Shown here: positions 1-7,641 of the stretch, piece by piece
How positions within the stretch are numbered: the first letter of the stretch is position 1
How the letters are laid out: each line of letters opens with the position of its first letter
Assembly (NCBI GenBank): GCA_040005235.1
Contig: JBDTZG010000037.1
Location: 1 to 53,824, forward strand
DNA: 53,824 nt
Source of the DNA: Acidobacteriota bacterium
GTDB lineage: Bacteria; Acidobacteriota; Thermoanaerobaculia; Multivoradales; UBA5704
Direction of reading: 5' to 3'
Notes under the pieces: model-generated
What the model was told of the DNA's origin: nothing
Database searches by the model: none
What the model saw: only the letters and a program-made list of their open reading frames with translations
Translations under genes and position numbers: made by a program

Positions 1-1823
1 CCCAGCCCGAACATCAGCACCGGCCCGACCTTCGGCTCGGAAGAGAGGCCGAAGATGATCTCCCGGCCGCCGCCCGCCATCTCCTGGATCAAGAAGCCTT
101 CGATCCTGCCGCCGTCGCTCCGGATGCGAGTTTCCATCGCGGTGAGAGCATCGGAGAGCTGAAGGGGATCGCGCAGATCGAGACGGATCGCGCCCGCTTC
201 GCTCTTGTGGATCAGATCGGCAACGATCGCCTTGGCCACCACCGGATAACCGAGCCGGCGCGCGGCGTGGAGCGCCTCTTCCCGGGTGGTCGCCACTTCA
301 TAGCGGGCGACCGGAATGCCGTACAGCTCCAACACCTGGAACGCATCCCCGGGAGGAAGATACCCCGAGCCGGTGCGCGCGAGCAGGGCGGCCACCGCCG
401 CGTCGTCGGCCGGAAACGGCTCGGGGAGCGGCTCGTCCGGCCGTCGGCGCCACGCGGCGTAGCGGGAAAGCTGCTGGAGCGCCCCGGCCGCCGATTCCGG
501 AAAGCGATAGACGGGCGGCAGGCCCGGCCGCAGCTTGATCGATTCGTAGAATTCCTCGGTCGCCATCATCACCGCGAGAACCGGCTTTTTGCGCGTCCGC
601 GCGGCCTCGTCGATCGCTTCCAGAACGTCGATCGGGCTCGTCAACAAGGGGGTCACGTTGATCGCAATTGCCATGTCGACGTTGGGATCGTCGAGCATTT
701 CGGCGAGCGACTTGCCGTATTTTTCGGCATTCGCCGAAGCGATCATGTCAACCGGATTGTTCACGCTCGCCTCAGCCGGCAGGAAGGAGCGCAGGTGTTC
801 TTTGGTTCCCTCGGCCAGCTCGGCAATCTCTAACCCAAGATTCACGCAGGCATCGGTTGCCATGATCGCCGGCCCGCCCGCGTTGGTCAGAATCGCTACC
901 CGATTCCCCTCCGGGAGCGGGCAGGCGTCGAGAGCGCGGGCGACGTCGAACAGCTGTTCGATCGTGTCGGCCCGCAGCACGCCGCACTGGTCGAGGATCG
1001 CGGAAACCGTGACGTCGGCCCCCGCGATTGCTCCGGTATGAGACGTCGCGGCGCGCGCTCCCGCCGCGGTCCGCCCCGATTTGACCACCAGGATCGGCTT
1101 TTTCCGAGACACGCGCTTGGCGATTTCGGCGAACCGGCGCGGGTTGCCGAACGATTCGAGGTACATCGCGATCACCCGCGTCTCGGGGTCGCCCTCCCAA
1201 TGCTCGATCAGATCGTTGCCCGAAACGTCGGCCTTATTGCCCATCGAGGCGAACTGCGTAAGGCCGATACCCAGATCGCTCGCAACGTTCAAAATCGCCA
1301 CCCCGAGCGCGCCCGATTGCGACACGAAGCCGATCGACCCCACCCGAGCGGGGGTCGGCGCAAACGTCGCGTTCAGGCTCACTTTCGCCTCGGTGTTGAT
1401 GATCCCCATGCAATTCGGGCCGATCATCCGAACCCCGGCCGCGCGCACTTTCTCGCGCAGCAACCGCTCCCGCTCCGCCCCCTCGGCCCCCGTCTCGCCG
1501 AACCCGGCGGTGATCACGACCAATCCCTTCACCCCGTGCTTCAAACACTCGTCGACCGCCCCGAGCACGGCCTCTTTGGGCACCACGATCACCGCCAGAT
1601 CGATCGGATCGGGAATCGCCCCGATCGTCGGATAGCACCGCAGCGAGTGGATCGCCTTGGCCAGAGGGTTCACCGGATAGATGGCACCCGCGAACTCGTT
1701 TGCGACCAGGTTGTGCAGCAACGAATACCCAATCGAATCGCGCCGACGCGAAGCGCCGATCACCGCGATTGAGCGGGGGGAAAACAGAGGATCGAGCGGT
1801 CGGTCGGGGCGGGTTTCGGGCAT
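1..1823 (-). CDS. Acyl-CoA synthetase (NDP-forming), acetate--CoA ligase family; runs off the left edge
   Basis: Manual translation from ATG 1823 gives MPETRPDRPLDPLFSPRSIAVIGASRRRDSIGYSLLHNL...YPVNP, then IGPNCMG, SQSGALG, MGNKADV and TNAGGP, followed by an ATP-grasp region. Absent from the ORF track because no stop lies in the window. Confidence 0.9.
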   Translation of the reverse strand, partial: MPETRPDRPLDPLFSPRSIAVIGASRRRDSIGYSLLHNLVANEFAGAIYPVNPLAKAIHSLRCYPTIGAIPDPIDLAVIVVPKEAVLGAVDECLKHGVKGLVVITAGFGETGAEGAERERLLREKVRAAGVRMIGPNCMGIINTEAKVSLNATFAPTPARVGSIGFVSQSGALGVAILNVASDLGIGLTQFASMGNKADVSGNDLIEHWEGDPETRVIAMYLESFGNPRRFAEIAKRVSRKKPILVVKSGRTAAGARAATSHTGAIAGADVTVSAILDQCGVLRADTIEQLFDVARALDACPLPEGNRVAILTNAGGPAIMATDACVNLGLEIAELAEGTKEHLRSFLPAEASVNNPVDMIASANAEKYGKSLAEMLDDPNVDMAIAINVTPLLTSPIDVLEAIDEAARTRKKPVLAVMMATEEFYESIKLRPGLPPVYRFPESAAGALQQLSRYAAWRRRPDEPLPEPFPADDAAVAALLARTGSGYLPPGDAFQVLELYGIPVARYEVATTREEALHAARRLGYPVVAKAIVADLIHKSEAGAIRLDLRDPLQLSDALTAMETRIRSDGGRIEGFLIQEMAGGGREIIFGLSSEPKVGPVLMFGL

Positions 1824-1897
1824 GGCGGGCGGAAGTTTGTCATAGGGGAGGCGCGACCTCCTGGGCCGCCCGCCGGCCTGCGGTAGAGTTACCCGCC

Positions 1898-2275
1898 ATG
1901 GACGACAAGGATACGAAGGCGGTTCTCGCCGTGGTGCAGCGGGCGGTGGCGGCGGCGCCGGGACGCAAGCACGACCTGGAGTCCGCGATGGGCATAGGGC
2001 ATGGTCGGCTCATCGACCTGGTCAACGGCCAGCTGGAGCTGCGTTCTCGCCATCTAACGGGCCTCGCACGTTATCTGGAGGTGCCGGCGTCTGACTTTTA
2101 CCGCCTGGCGCTCAGCGAGACCGAACGCACCGCGCGGCGCCGGCTGGAAGAGTGGATTGATCCGCTCTCCGCGCCGCCGTTTCCGCGCAGAGACGCACAG
2201 CCGGCCGCCTCCGACGACCGCTTGCGTGCATTGATCCGAGAAGAGTTCGCCGCGGCGCTCGCCGCGCTGAGGTAA
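1898..2275 (+). CDS. Putative XRE/Cro-like helix-turn-helix protein, 125 aa
   Basis: ESAMGIGHGRLIDLVNGQLELRSRHLTGLARYLEVPASDFY resembles an XRE HTH. TAGAGT lies 8 nt before the ATG. Divergent from the synthetase. Confidence 0.6.
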   Translation: MDDKDTKAVLAVVQRAVAAAPGRKHDLESAMGIGHGRLIDLVNGQLELRSRHLTGLARYLEVPASDFYRLALSETERTARRRLEEWIDPLSAPPFPRRDAQPAASDDRLRALIREEFAAALAALR

Positions 2276-2280
2276 AAGAC

Positions 2281-2520
2281 GCGCGCGTCTCGAAATCACC
2301 GCGCGCGACCCAAAACCACCGCACACGTCCCAAGGTTACAGCGCGAGTCCCATATTTACCGGTCAGGTCCCAGGCTTACCGAATTCGTCCCAGAATTACC
2401 GCGCGCGTCCCAAGTTTACCGAACACGCCCCGGGTTCACCGCGCGCGTCCCAGATTCACCGCTGAAGTCCCAGGTTCGGAGAATATGTCCCGGATTCACC
2501 GCGCACGCCCCCGATTCTGC
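2281..2520. repeat. Degenerate tandem array, 12 x 20 bp (consensus ~GCGCRCGTCCCARRTTYACC)
   Basis: Units in exact 20-bp register, e.g. gcgcgcgtcccaagtttacc (2401), gcgcgcgtcccagattcacc (2441), gaattcgtcccagaattacc (2381). Confidence 0.92.
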
Positions 2521-2575
2521 TGTTTGCACCGCGCAGTCAGTCCGTGTTCGGCCGAGAGAACAGTTGCCCGATCAT

Positions 2576-2818
2576 TTAGCGTCCCGCCGCCACCTTTCGT
2601 GCTGCGCCACCAATCGAGCGGCGAGGCACGATCCGTCTCACCTTGCCGGCCGAGATCTCCTCTCGCAGGACCTGACGAACCGCGTCGAGCATCGAGCCCT
2701 GCTGAATTTGGCTGACGAGCGCGTCGTTGATCAGCGTCTGGTAGTTCCCGCCCCCCGCCCGTTCAACGAGCGTCCGGAAATGCTCGATCACCCGGTTGTC
2801 GAGGCGGATGGAGATCTT
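2576..2818 (-). pseudogene. brnA: 5'-truncated BrnA antitoxin (RHH) fragment
   Basis: KISIRLDNRVIEHFRTLVERAGGGNYQTLINDAL is the BrnA core. The N-terminus is missing and the fragment joins out of frame to the end of the upstream ORF. A GTG at 2791 could give a 71-aa product. Confidence 0.75.
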
Positions 2819-3378
2819 TTGTAATATCCACCGGCTTCAGCCAGGAAGTTGAAGAAAATCACTCTTTCCCCTTCAAATGAGACGACAACGGCGTCCTCGA
2901 CGCTAAAGCCTCTGGGTAGGTCCAGCCCGCTGATCACATGGTGTTTCCACACGAGAACCACTTGCCGTTGGTGGGCTTCCAGGCCGATCCACGAAGCCTT
3001 ACCAAAAAGAAGAAGCTTGTTCCTCTCTGCGTCTAGGTCAGCGTACACCTGATCAGCGACAACCCCAAAGCCTCCCTTCCCACGACAGAGTTTTATGGTT
3101 TTTGGTGCCGGCACCTTCTTTCTGCCAAGAATGAAATGACCAGCTACAGTCCCTTGAACCGCTTCCAGCATCGATCCTTGGAGGATCTGACCGACGAGCG
3201 CCTTGTTGATCGAGGCCAGGTAATTTCCATTCCCCACCTCAGCCAACTCGCGGAAATGATCGATCACCCGATTATCGAGGCGAATAGAGACCTTGGTCTT
3301 TCTCGGCTCCGGCTCGACTACCGGGCCGCCGACGGAGAAATCGATGTCGCGATAGGATTCAGTTTCGACCTTTTTCAT
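2788..3378 (-). CDS. BrnA-antitoxin domain fused to an unknown C-terminal domain (copy B), 196 aa
   Basis: N-terminal DIDFS..GPVV...KTKVSIRLDNRVIDHFR...GNYLASINKAL is BrnA-like. The C-terminal ~105 aa are beta-rich and unassigned. Confidence 0.75.
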   Translation of the reverse strand: MKKVETESYRDIDFSVGGPVVEPEPRKTKVSIRLDNRVIDHFRELAEVGNGNYLASINKALVGQILQGSMLEAVQGTVAGHFILGRKKVPAPKTIKLCRGKGGFGVVADQVYADLDAERNKLLLFGKASWIGLEAHQRQVVLVWKHHVISGLDLPRGFSVEDAVVVSFEGERVIFFNFLAEAGGYYKRSPSASTTG

Positions 3379-3440
3379 ATTGCAGCCTCTGTCTATGGTT
3401 CGCCTTCAAGCGGAGATGATCCAGACGATAACGGGAATCC
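3359..3440 (-). pseudogene. brnT: Frameshifted C-terminal remnant of BrnT toxin
   Basis: VWIISA followed by a 1-nt deletion, then KANHRQRLQYEKGRN*. It overlaps the brnA start in TATGAAAAA, as in intact brnTA operons. Confidence 0.6.
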
Positions 3441-3501
3441 ATGAAGCCTGCGCGGTCCAGACCCCGCCTGAATCGCAACGAGATTGTTCCGCGAGAGCGT
3501 C

Positions 3502-4095
3502 TCAAGCCTTTCCTAAAACATCTGCTCGCCGCAAGTAATATCCACCGCATTCATCCAGGAAGTTGAAGAAACTCACTTTTCTCCTTTCAAATGAGACGAC
3601 AACGGCGTCCTCAACGCTAAAGCCTTTGGGTAGGTCCAGCCCGCTGATCACCTGCTGTTTCCACACGAAAACCACTTCCCGTTGTTCCGCTTCCAGGCCG
3701 ATCCACTGAGTGGTGTCAAGAAGGATTCCGTTCTTCCCTGTAGTTAGATCAACGTATACGGAATCAGCGACAACCCCATAGCCTCCTTTGCCACGACAGA
3801 GTTCTAGGGTTTTTGGCGCCGGCACCTTCCTTCTGCCGAACATGAGCTCATCAGCAATGGTCCGCTGAACGGCTTCCAGCATCGATCCTTGGAGAATCTG
3901 ACCGACGAGCGCCTTGTTGATCAAGGCCAAGTAATTTCCATTCCCCCACTCAGCCAGCTCGCGGAAATGATCGATCACCCGATTATCGAGGCGGAGGGAG
4001 ACCTTGGTCTTCCCCAGCTCCGGCTCGATTACCGGGCCGCGCTTGCCGACGGAGAAATCGATGTCGCGATAGGGTTCAGCTTCGACCTTTTTCAT
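3502..4095 (-). CDS. BrnA-antitoxin domain fused to an unknown C-terminal domain (copy A), 197 aa
   Basis: Paralog of 2788..3378 starting MKKVEAEPYRDIDFSVGKRGPVIEPE at ATG 4095. The longer ORF-track start runs into the repeat array. Confidence 0.75.
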   Translation of the reverse strand: MKKVEAEPYRDIDFSVGKRGPVIEPELGKTKVSLRLDNRVIDHFRELAEWGNGNYLALINKALVGQILQGSMLEAVQRTIADELMFGRRKVPAPKTLELCRGKGGYGVVADSVYVDLTTGKNGILLDTTQWIGLEAEQREVVFVWKQQVISGLDLPKGFSVEDAVVVSFERRKVSFFNFLDECGGYYLRRADVLGKA

Positions 4096-4160
4096 ATTGC
4101 AGCCCCTGTCTTTGGTTCGCCTTCCAGGCGGAGATGATCCAGACGATAACGGAGAACCAT
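4076..4160 (-). pseudogene. brnT: C-terminal remnant of BrnT toxin
   Basis: VIVWIISAWKANQRQGLQYEKGRS* matches the BrnT tail (consensus ~IRIISARKAxxxERxxYE). The 5' part is replaced by the 21-bp array. Confidence 0.65.
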
Positions 4161-4174
4161 GAAGTCTGCGCGGT

Positions 4175-4560
4175 CCAGACCCCGGTCGCAGCGGCCGGGA
4201 CCCAGGCCCGGGCCGTCCAGACCTGGATTGCGACGCGCGAGACCTGGTCCGAGCCGTCCAGACCTGGATCGCGACACACGAGACCTGATCCGAGTCGTGC
4301 GGACCTGGATCGCGACACACCCGACTTGGGTGTGAGCCACCCAGACTTGGATCGCAACAGCCCGGACTTCGGTCCCGACCGTTCAGAGCTGGGTCAGGTC
4401 GCCCGGACCTGGGTCGCGACGATCCGGATCCAGGTCTGCGTCACCCAGACCTGGATCGCAACGGCCCAGACCTCGGTCCCTGCCGTTCAGACTGGGTCCG
4501 AGTCGTCCGGACCTGGATCGCGACGACCCAGACCCGGGTCTGAACCGTCCAGACCTGGAT
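4175..4560. repeat. Degenerate tandem array, 19 units of 20/21 bp (core TCCAGACCTGGATCGCGAC)
   Basis: GAC/GAG/GAT anchors at 4178, 4199, 4220, 4241, 4261, 4282, 4302, 4323, 4344, 4365, 4386, 4406, 4427, 4448, 4469, 4490, 4510, 4531 and 4552. Confidence 0.92.
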
Positions 4561-4593
4561 GATCCCTTTGACGAGGCCGTGGGGGGCAAACAG

Positions 4594-5087
4594 GGCCTCG
4601 TCAAAGTCGGAAGCGGCTTGCCGCCTCAGCGCCCGTCCTCGCCGTCCCTCCGCCCTCCCACCGCCCGGGAGAGGGGCGCCCCCGGCGGCCCGTCCGGCCC
4701 AACGGGCCGGGAGAACCCAGCCCAGGGCTGAGGCCGAAGGCCGATGCCCTGGGTTCTAAGACCCTACGGAAAGGCGGCCTGAAAGGCCGCGAGAGCTTTC
4801 AGGCCCACGCGTTAGCGCTCGTCAAATTCGTTTTTCTAGGCCTCCAGGAACGCACGGAGTTCTGCGGATCCGTCGAGCCTGGGTTCTCGCGGCCTTTCAG
4901 GCCGCCAGGAGGTGGAGATCCTTGACCCAGGGCATCGGCCTTCGGCCTCAGCCCTGGGCTAGGTTCTCCCGGCCCGTTGGGCCGGACTCTTGGGTTGCCG
5001 GTGCCGCCTCCTCGCGGTCGATGCCGGCTCCCACCCCGGAGACCGGCGGGGGGAGAGGGCTCCGCAAGCGCTGACTTTGACGAGGCC
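4594..5087. mobile_element. MITE-like element with 15-bp terminal inverted repeats
   Basis: GGCCTCGTCAAAGTC (4594-4608) is the perfect inverse of GACTTTGACGAGGCC (5073-5087). An extra end copy CTTTGACGAGGCC lies at 4566-4578. No transposase ORF. Confidence 0.55.
4692..4987. repeat. REP doublet / REPIN-like long inverted repeat
   Basis: 63-bp arms 4692-4754 and 4925-4987 (1 mismatch), plus perfect 22-bp inner arms 4773-4794 and 4885-4906. Built from GGCC-loop-GGCC hairpins. Confidence 0.85.
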
Positions 5088-5168
5088 TTGCGGGGGGGGC
5101 GCACCCGCCTTGCGCCGATCGCGGCACGGGCGTATCGTTACGCTCAGCTTTCACTTCAAGAGGCATCA

Positions 5169-5717
5169 GTGACCACCGAACACCACAAATTTCGCGAGCT
5201 GATCGTGTTCGTCGCGCGCGAGACAGAAGACGATCGGAGCTGCGGTGCCACCAAGCTCAACAAGATCCTCTTCTACTCCGATTTCCGCGCCTACGAGCAA
5301 CTCGGCCAGTCGATCACCGGCGAGCGCTACCAAAAGCTTGAGCATGGGCCCGCGCCACGACGGATGGTCCCGGTGGCTGAGTCGATGGCTGCCGAAGGGC
5401 TCTGCACGTGGGAAGAGCGCGATTATTTCGGCTTCCCCCTACGCAAGCTTGTGCCGCTCCGCGAGCCGGACCTCTCACAGTTTTCCGCGTCAGAAATCGA
5501 CCTGGCGCGGGGCGTGATCGGCGAATTGGCTTCCTTGAACGCGAAAGAAGTCAGCGACCTGTCGCACCGCTTTGCCGGCTGGCAGGCGACTGACATCGGC
5601 GAGGACATTCCTTACGCCACCGTATTCGTGGACGAGTCGCGGCCGTTCACCCTCGACGAACTCACTTGGGCGCTCGAGGTCGTGGATGCCTACGAAGCGG
5701 CCGAGAAAGCTTGTTAG
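5169..5717 (+). CDS. Panacea-domain (DUF4065/SocA-like) antitoxin, 182 aa
   Basis: Motifs GATKLNKILFYSDF...G.SITG..Y.KL.HGP.P and SDLSH...W....GEDIPY. GTG start with AAGAGG upstream. Confidence 0.88.
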   Translation: MTTEHHKFRELIVFVARETEDDRSCGATKLNKILFYSDFRAYEQLGQSITGERYQKLEHGPAPRRMVPVAESMAAEGLCTWEERDYFGFPLRKLVPLREPDLSQFSASEIDLARGVIGELASLNAKEVSDLSHRFAGWQATDIGEDIPYATVFVDESRPFTLDELTWALEVVDAYEAAEKAC

Positions 5718-5790
5718 AAAGCGGGAGTACCAGCAAGAGGTCGACAGAATCCGGCATGAGGTCGTTAACGACGATGAAGAAAGAATATGA
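5686..5790 (+). pseudogene. 34-aa chimeric toxin remnant (start of the Panacea partner joined to a BrnT-like tail)
   Basis: GAGGT RBS then MPTKRPRKLVRKREYQQEVDRIRHEVVNDDEERI*. It overlaps the Panacea stop and ends in the ATGAAGAAAGAATATGA overlap typical of brnT/brnA junctions. Confidence 0.45.
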
Positions 5791-6076
5791 CTTCACCGCG
5801 GGCCGACGTGGCCCCGTGGTCACCAACCCGCCGGGGAGCCGGATCTCGATCCGGCTCGACGATGACCTTCTCGAGTGGTTCAAGGAACAGGTTCATGCGG
5901 CAGGGGGAGGGAACTATCAAACCCTCATCAACTCCGCACTCCGGGAGCACGTCCATCAGAGGCGGGAGCCGTTGGAGGAGACGCTGCGGCGCGTTGTGAG
6001 AGCTGAGCTGGACGCTAAACTTTCGCCTGCCAACATGGGTACGCGCCAAGCGGTATCTGCAGGCCGGCGGCGCTGA
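5774..6076 (+). CDS. brnA: BrnA antitoxin family protein (orphan), 100 aa
   Basis: MKKEYDFTAGRRGPVV...RISIRLDDDLLEWFK...GGGNYQTLINSALRE. Confidence 0.9.
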   Translation: MKKEYDFTAGRRGPVVTNPPGSRISIRLDDDLLEWFKEQVHAAGGGNYQTLINSALREHVHQRREPLEETLRRVVRAELDAKLSPANMGTRQAVSAGRRR

Positions 6077-6177
6077 GCCACGCTATTCGGCAGGGTCGCA
6101 TGCGATCCCGGCCCGAAATCAGCGATCTCGCCGGTGGGAAGAGTGATGCCGCCAAACGCGAAGAAGGAGATAGAAGT

Positions 6178-6672
6178 ATGGCGACCGAAGGTGGCAGATG
6201 TCACTGGGCACGAGCCGGAGGGCTCGTTCTTCTCTGCCTGGCCGGGTGCCTTTCGACGGCCGGGAGTCGAACGTCTCCGCCCAAGGTCGGGGGTCGCCTC
6301 CCGTGCGAGTTCGAAGGGACGCACTATGGAATCAGCTCAGCCCAAATCGCGCCGGGTTGTACCGTCACGATCGCTGGTATCACCTACTTCGTTGCCTCTT
6401 TGGATCGGCGACACGTGGCGTACATCCAGACTGCGGACTCCCGGTTCGTCTCGCCGGAAGGATTGAGGGTCGGTTCGTCACTCCAAGACGTGAGGAATGC
6501 CGGAGGAGGCGAAAGGGTCGGAGAGAGGGGTTGGAAGTACTTTTCAAACTTGCCTTCTGGTTGGCGGGCCGAATTCACTGGCATGCCCGATCATGGAGAG
6601 CCGCGACCCAACGACCTACTCTCGAATGTGCCGGGCGACACCGTGGTCTCATTCAGCCGAAGAGGCGATTGA
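6178..6672 (+). CDS. Hypothetical lipoprotein, 164 aa
   Basis: AAGGAG RBS, hydrophobic stretch and LAGC lipobox. Contains SPEGLRVGSS. Confidence 0.65.
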   Translation: MATEGGRCHWARAGGLVLLCLAGCLSTAGSRTSPPKVGGRLPCEFEGTHYGISSAQIAPGCTVTIAGITYFVASLDRRHVAYIQTADSRFVSPEGLRVGSSLQDVRNAGGGERVGERGWKYFSNLPSGWRAEFTGMPDHGEPRPNDLLSNVPGDTVVSFSRRGD

Positions 6673-6728
6673 CAGCTGAGCGGGAGGCGAGGTCGCCATC
6701 AACACAACGAGAGGAGAGCCTTCAAACC

Positions 6729-7619
6729 TCAAGGCGCCAGCACCCGCAGCTTCTCACTCATCACAGAAAGCACCAGCTCGCCGCAGCCGCCAACCGAGTC
6801 TCCGTCGATCTGGGCGCAGGTTCCTTCGGGCAGCTTGATCCGGATTTCTCCTTCGACCGGCACGATCCGGACGTCCTTGCGACGCACGTGCCGGCCGAGG
6901 GTGAGCGCCAAGGCGAAAGCCAGCGTGGCGGCTCGGGTTTTGCCGTGGAAGAGGACCAGCTCCAGGCGGCCGTCGTCGGGACGGGCGGCGGGGGCGATTC
7001 GGTAGCTTCCACCGTAGAGGTCGATGTTGCAGACCGCGACCAGCGAAGCGGTATAGCGCTGGCCTCCGGCTTCGATTTCGATCGAAGGGTAGCCGTAGCG
7101 CCACCAGGCGGCGAGCCCTTGGAGGCCGATTCCGAGCTGGCCGAGGCGGCGTTTCCAGCGGGGGTCTAGGGTTTCGAGCAGCCAGGCGTCCAGGCCGCAG
7201 GAGACCATCATCAGGAACGGATGTTGGGCGCCTGCTTGGGTCGAGCAGAGACCGACGTCGAGCGGCAGGGTGCGGTAGCTTCCCGCGGCTCTCGCGGCGG
7301 CTTGGGGGACGAGGGGAATCCGCAGTGCGCGGGCGAGGACATTGGTCGTTCCGCCGGGGAGGATGCCGAGCGCGGTCGGGGTGCCGAGCAGGCCGGCGGC
7401 CGCTTCGCGGATCGTTCCGTCGCCCCCGAAGGCGAAGACCGCCTCGTCCCCCGCCGCGGCGCGCGCTTGGGCGAGGTGGGTGGCATCGCCCGGGCCGGAG
7501 GTAGGCAGCGGGGCGGCGGCGAAACCGGAGGCGGCGAGCGCTTCGACCAGCGCGGGGACTTGCCGCCCAAGTTGGTGCCGGCCGGCGGCGGGGTTGTAGA
7601 TCAGGCTGGCTGGACGCAT
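6729..7619 (-). CDS. Diacylglycerol kinase family lipid kinase (YegS/DgkB-like)
   Basis: Motifs IYNPAAG, FGGDGTIRE, LPGGTTNVLAR and QIDGD. Confidence 0.92.
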   Translation of the reverse strand: MRPASLIYNPAAGRHQLGRQVPALVEALAASGFAAAPLPTSGPGDATHLAQARAAAGDEAVFAFGGDGTIREAAAGLLGTPTALGILPGGTTNVLARALRIPLVPQAAARAAGSYRTLPLDVGLCSTQAGAQHPFLMMVSCGLDAWLLETLDPRWKRRLGQLGIGLQGLAAWWRYGYPSIEIEAGGQRYTASLVAVCNIDLYGGSYRIAPAARPDDGRLELVLFHGKTRAATLAFALALTLGRHVRRKDVRIVPVEGEIRIKLPEGTCAQIDGDSVGGCGELVLSVMSEKLRVLAP

Positions 7620-7641
7620 GGGGCGAGGAGACGCCGACGCC

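Noticed and set aside
207-1772. Plus-strand ORFs 207..833 and 1038..1772
   Set aside because: They are antisense shadows of the minus-strand acyl-CoA synthetase.
2810-2826. Programmed -1 frameshift joining copy B to the BrnA fragment (TACAAAAG)
   Set aside because: Only four As and no canonical slippery heptamer. A deletion junction explains it more simply.
2788-4095. DGR template/variable repeat pair
   Set aside because: Differences between the copies are not adenine-specific, both copies are full ORFs, and no reverse transcriptase is in the window.
2281-4560. CRISPR or TIGR-type guide arrays
   Set aside because: Units are only 20-21 bp with 3-5 nt variable parts, there are no unique ~30-nt spacers, and no cas or Nop-domain gene is present.
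4076-4604. ORFs across the 21-bp array (4134..4562, 4096..4320 extension, 4383..4604)
   Set aside because: Mixed 20/21-bp units shift the repeat between frames, so these are artefacts of stop-poor repeats.
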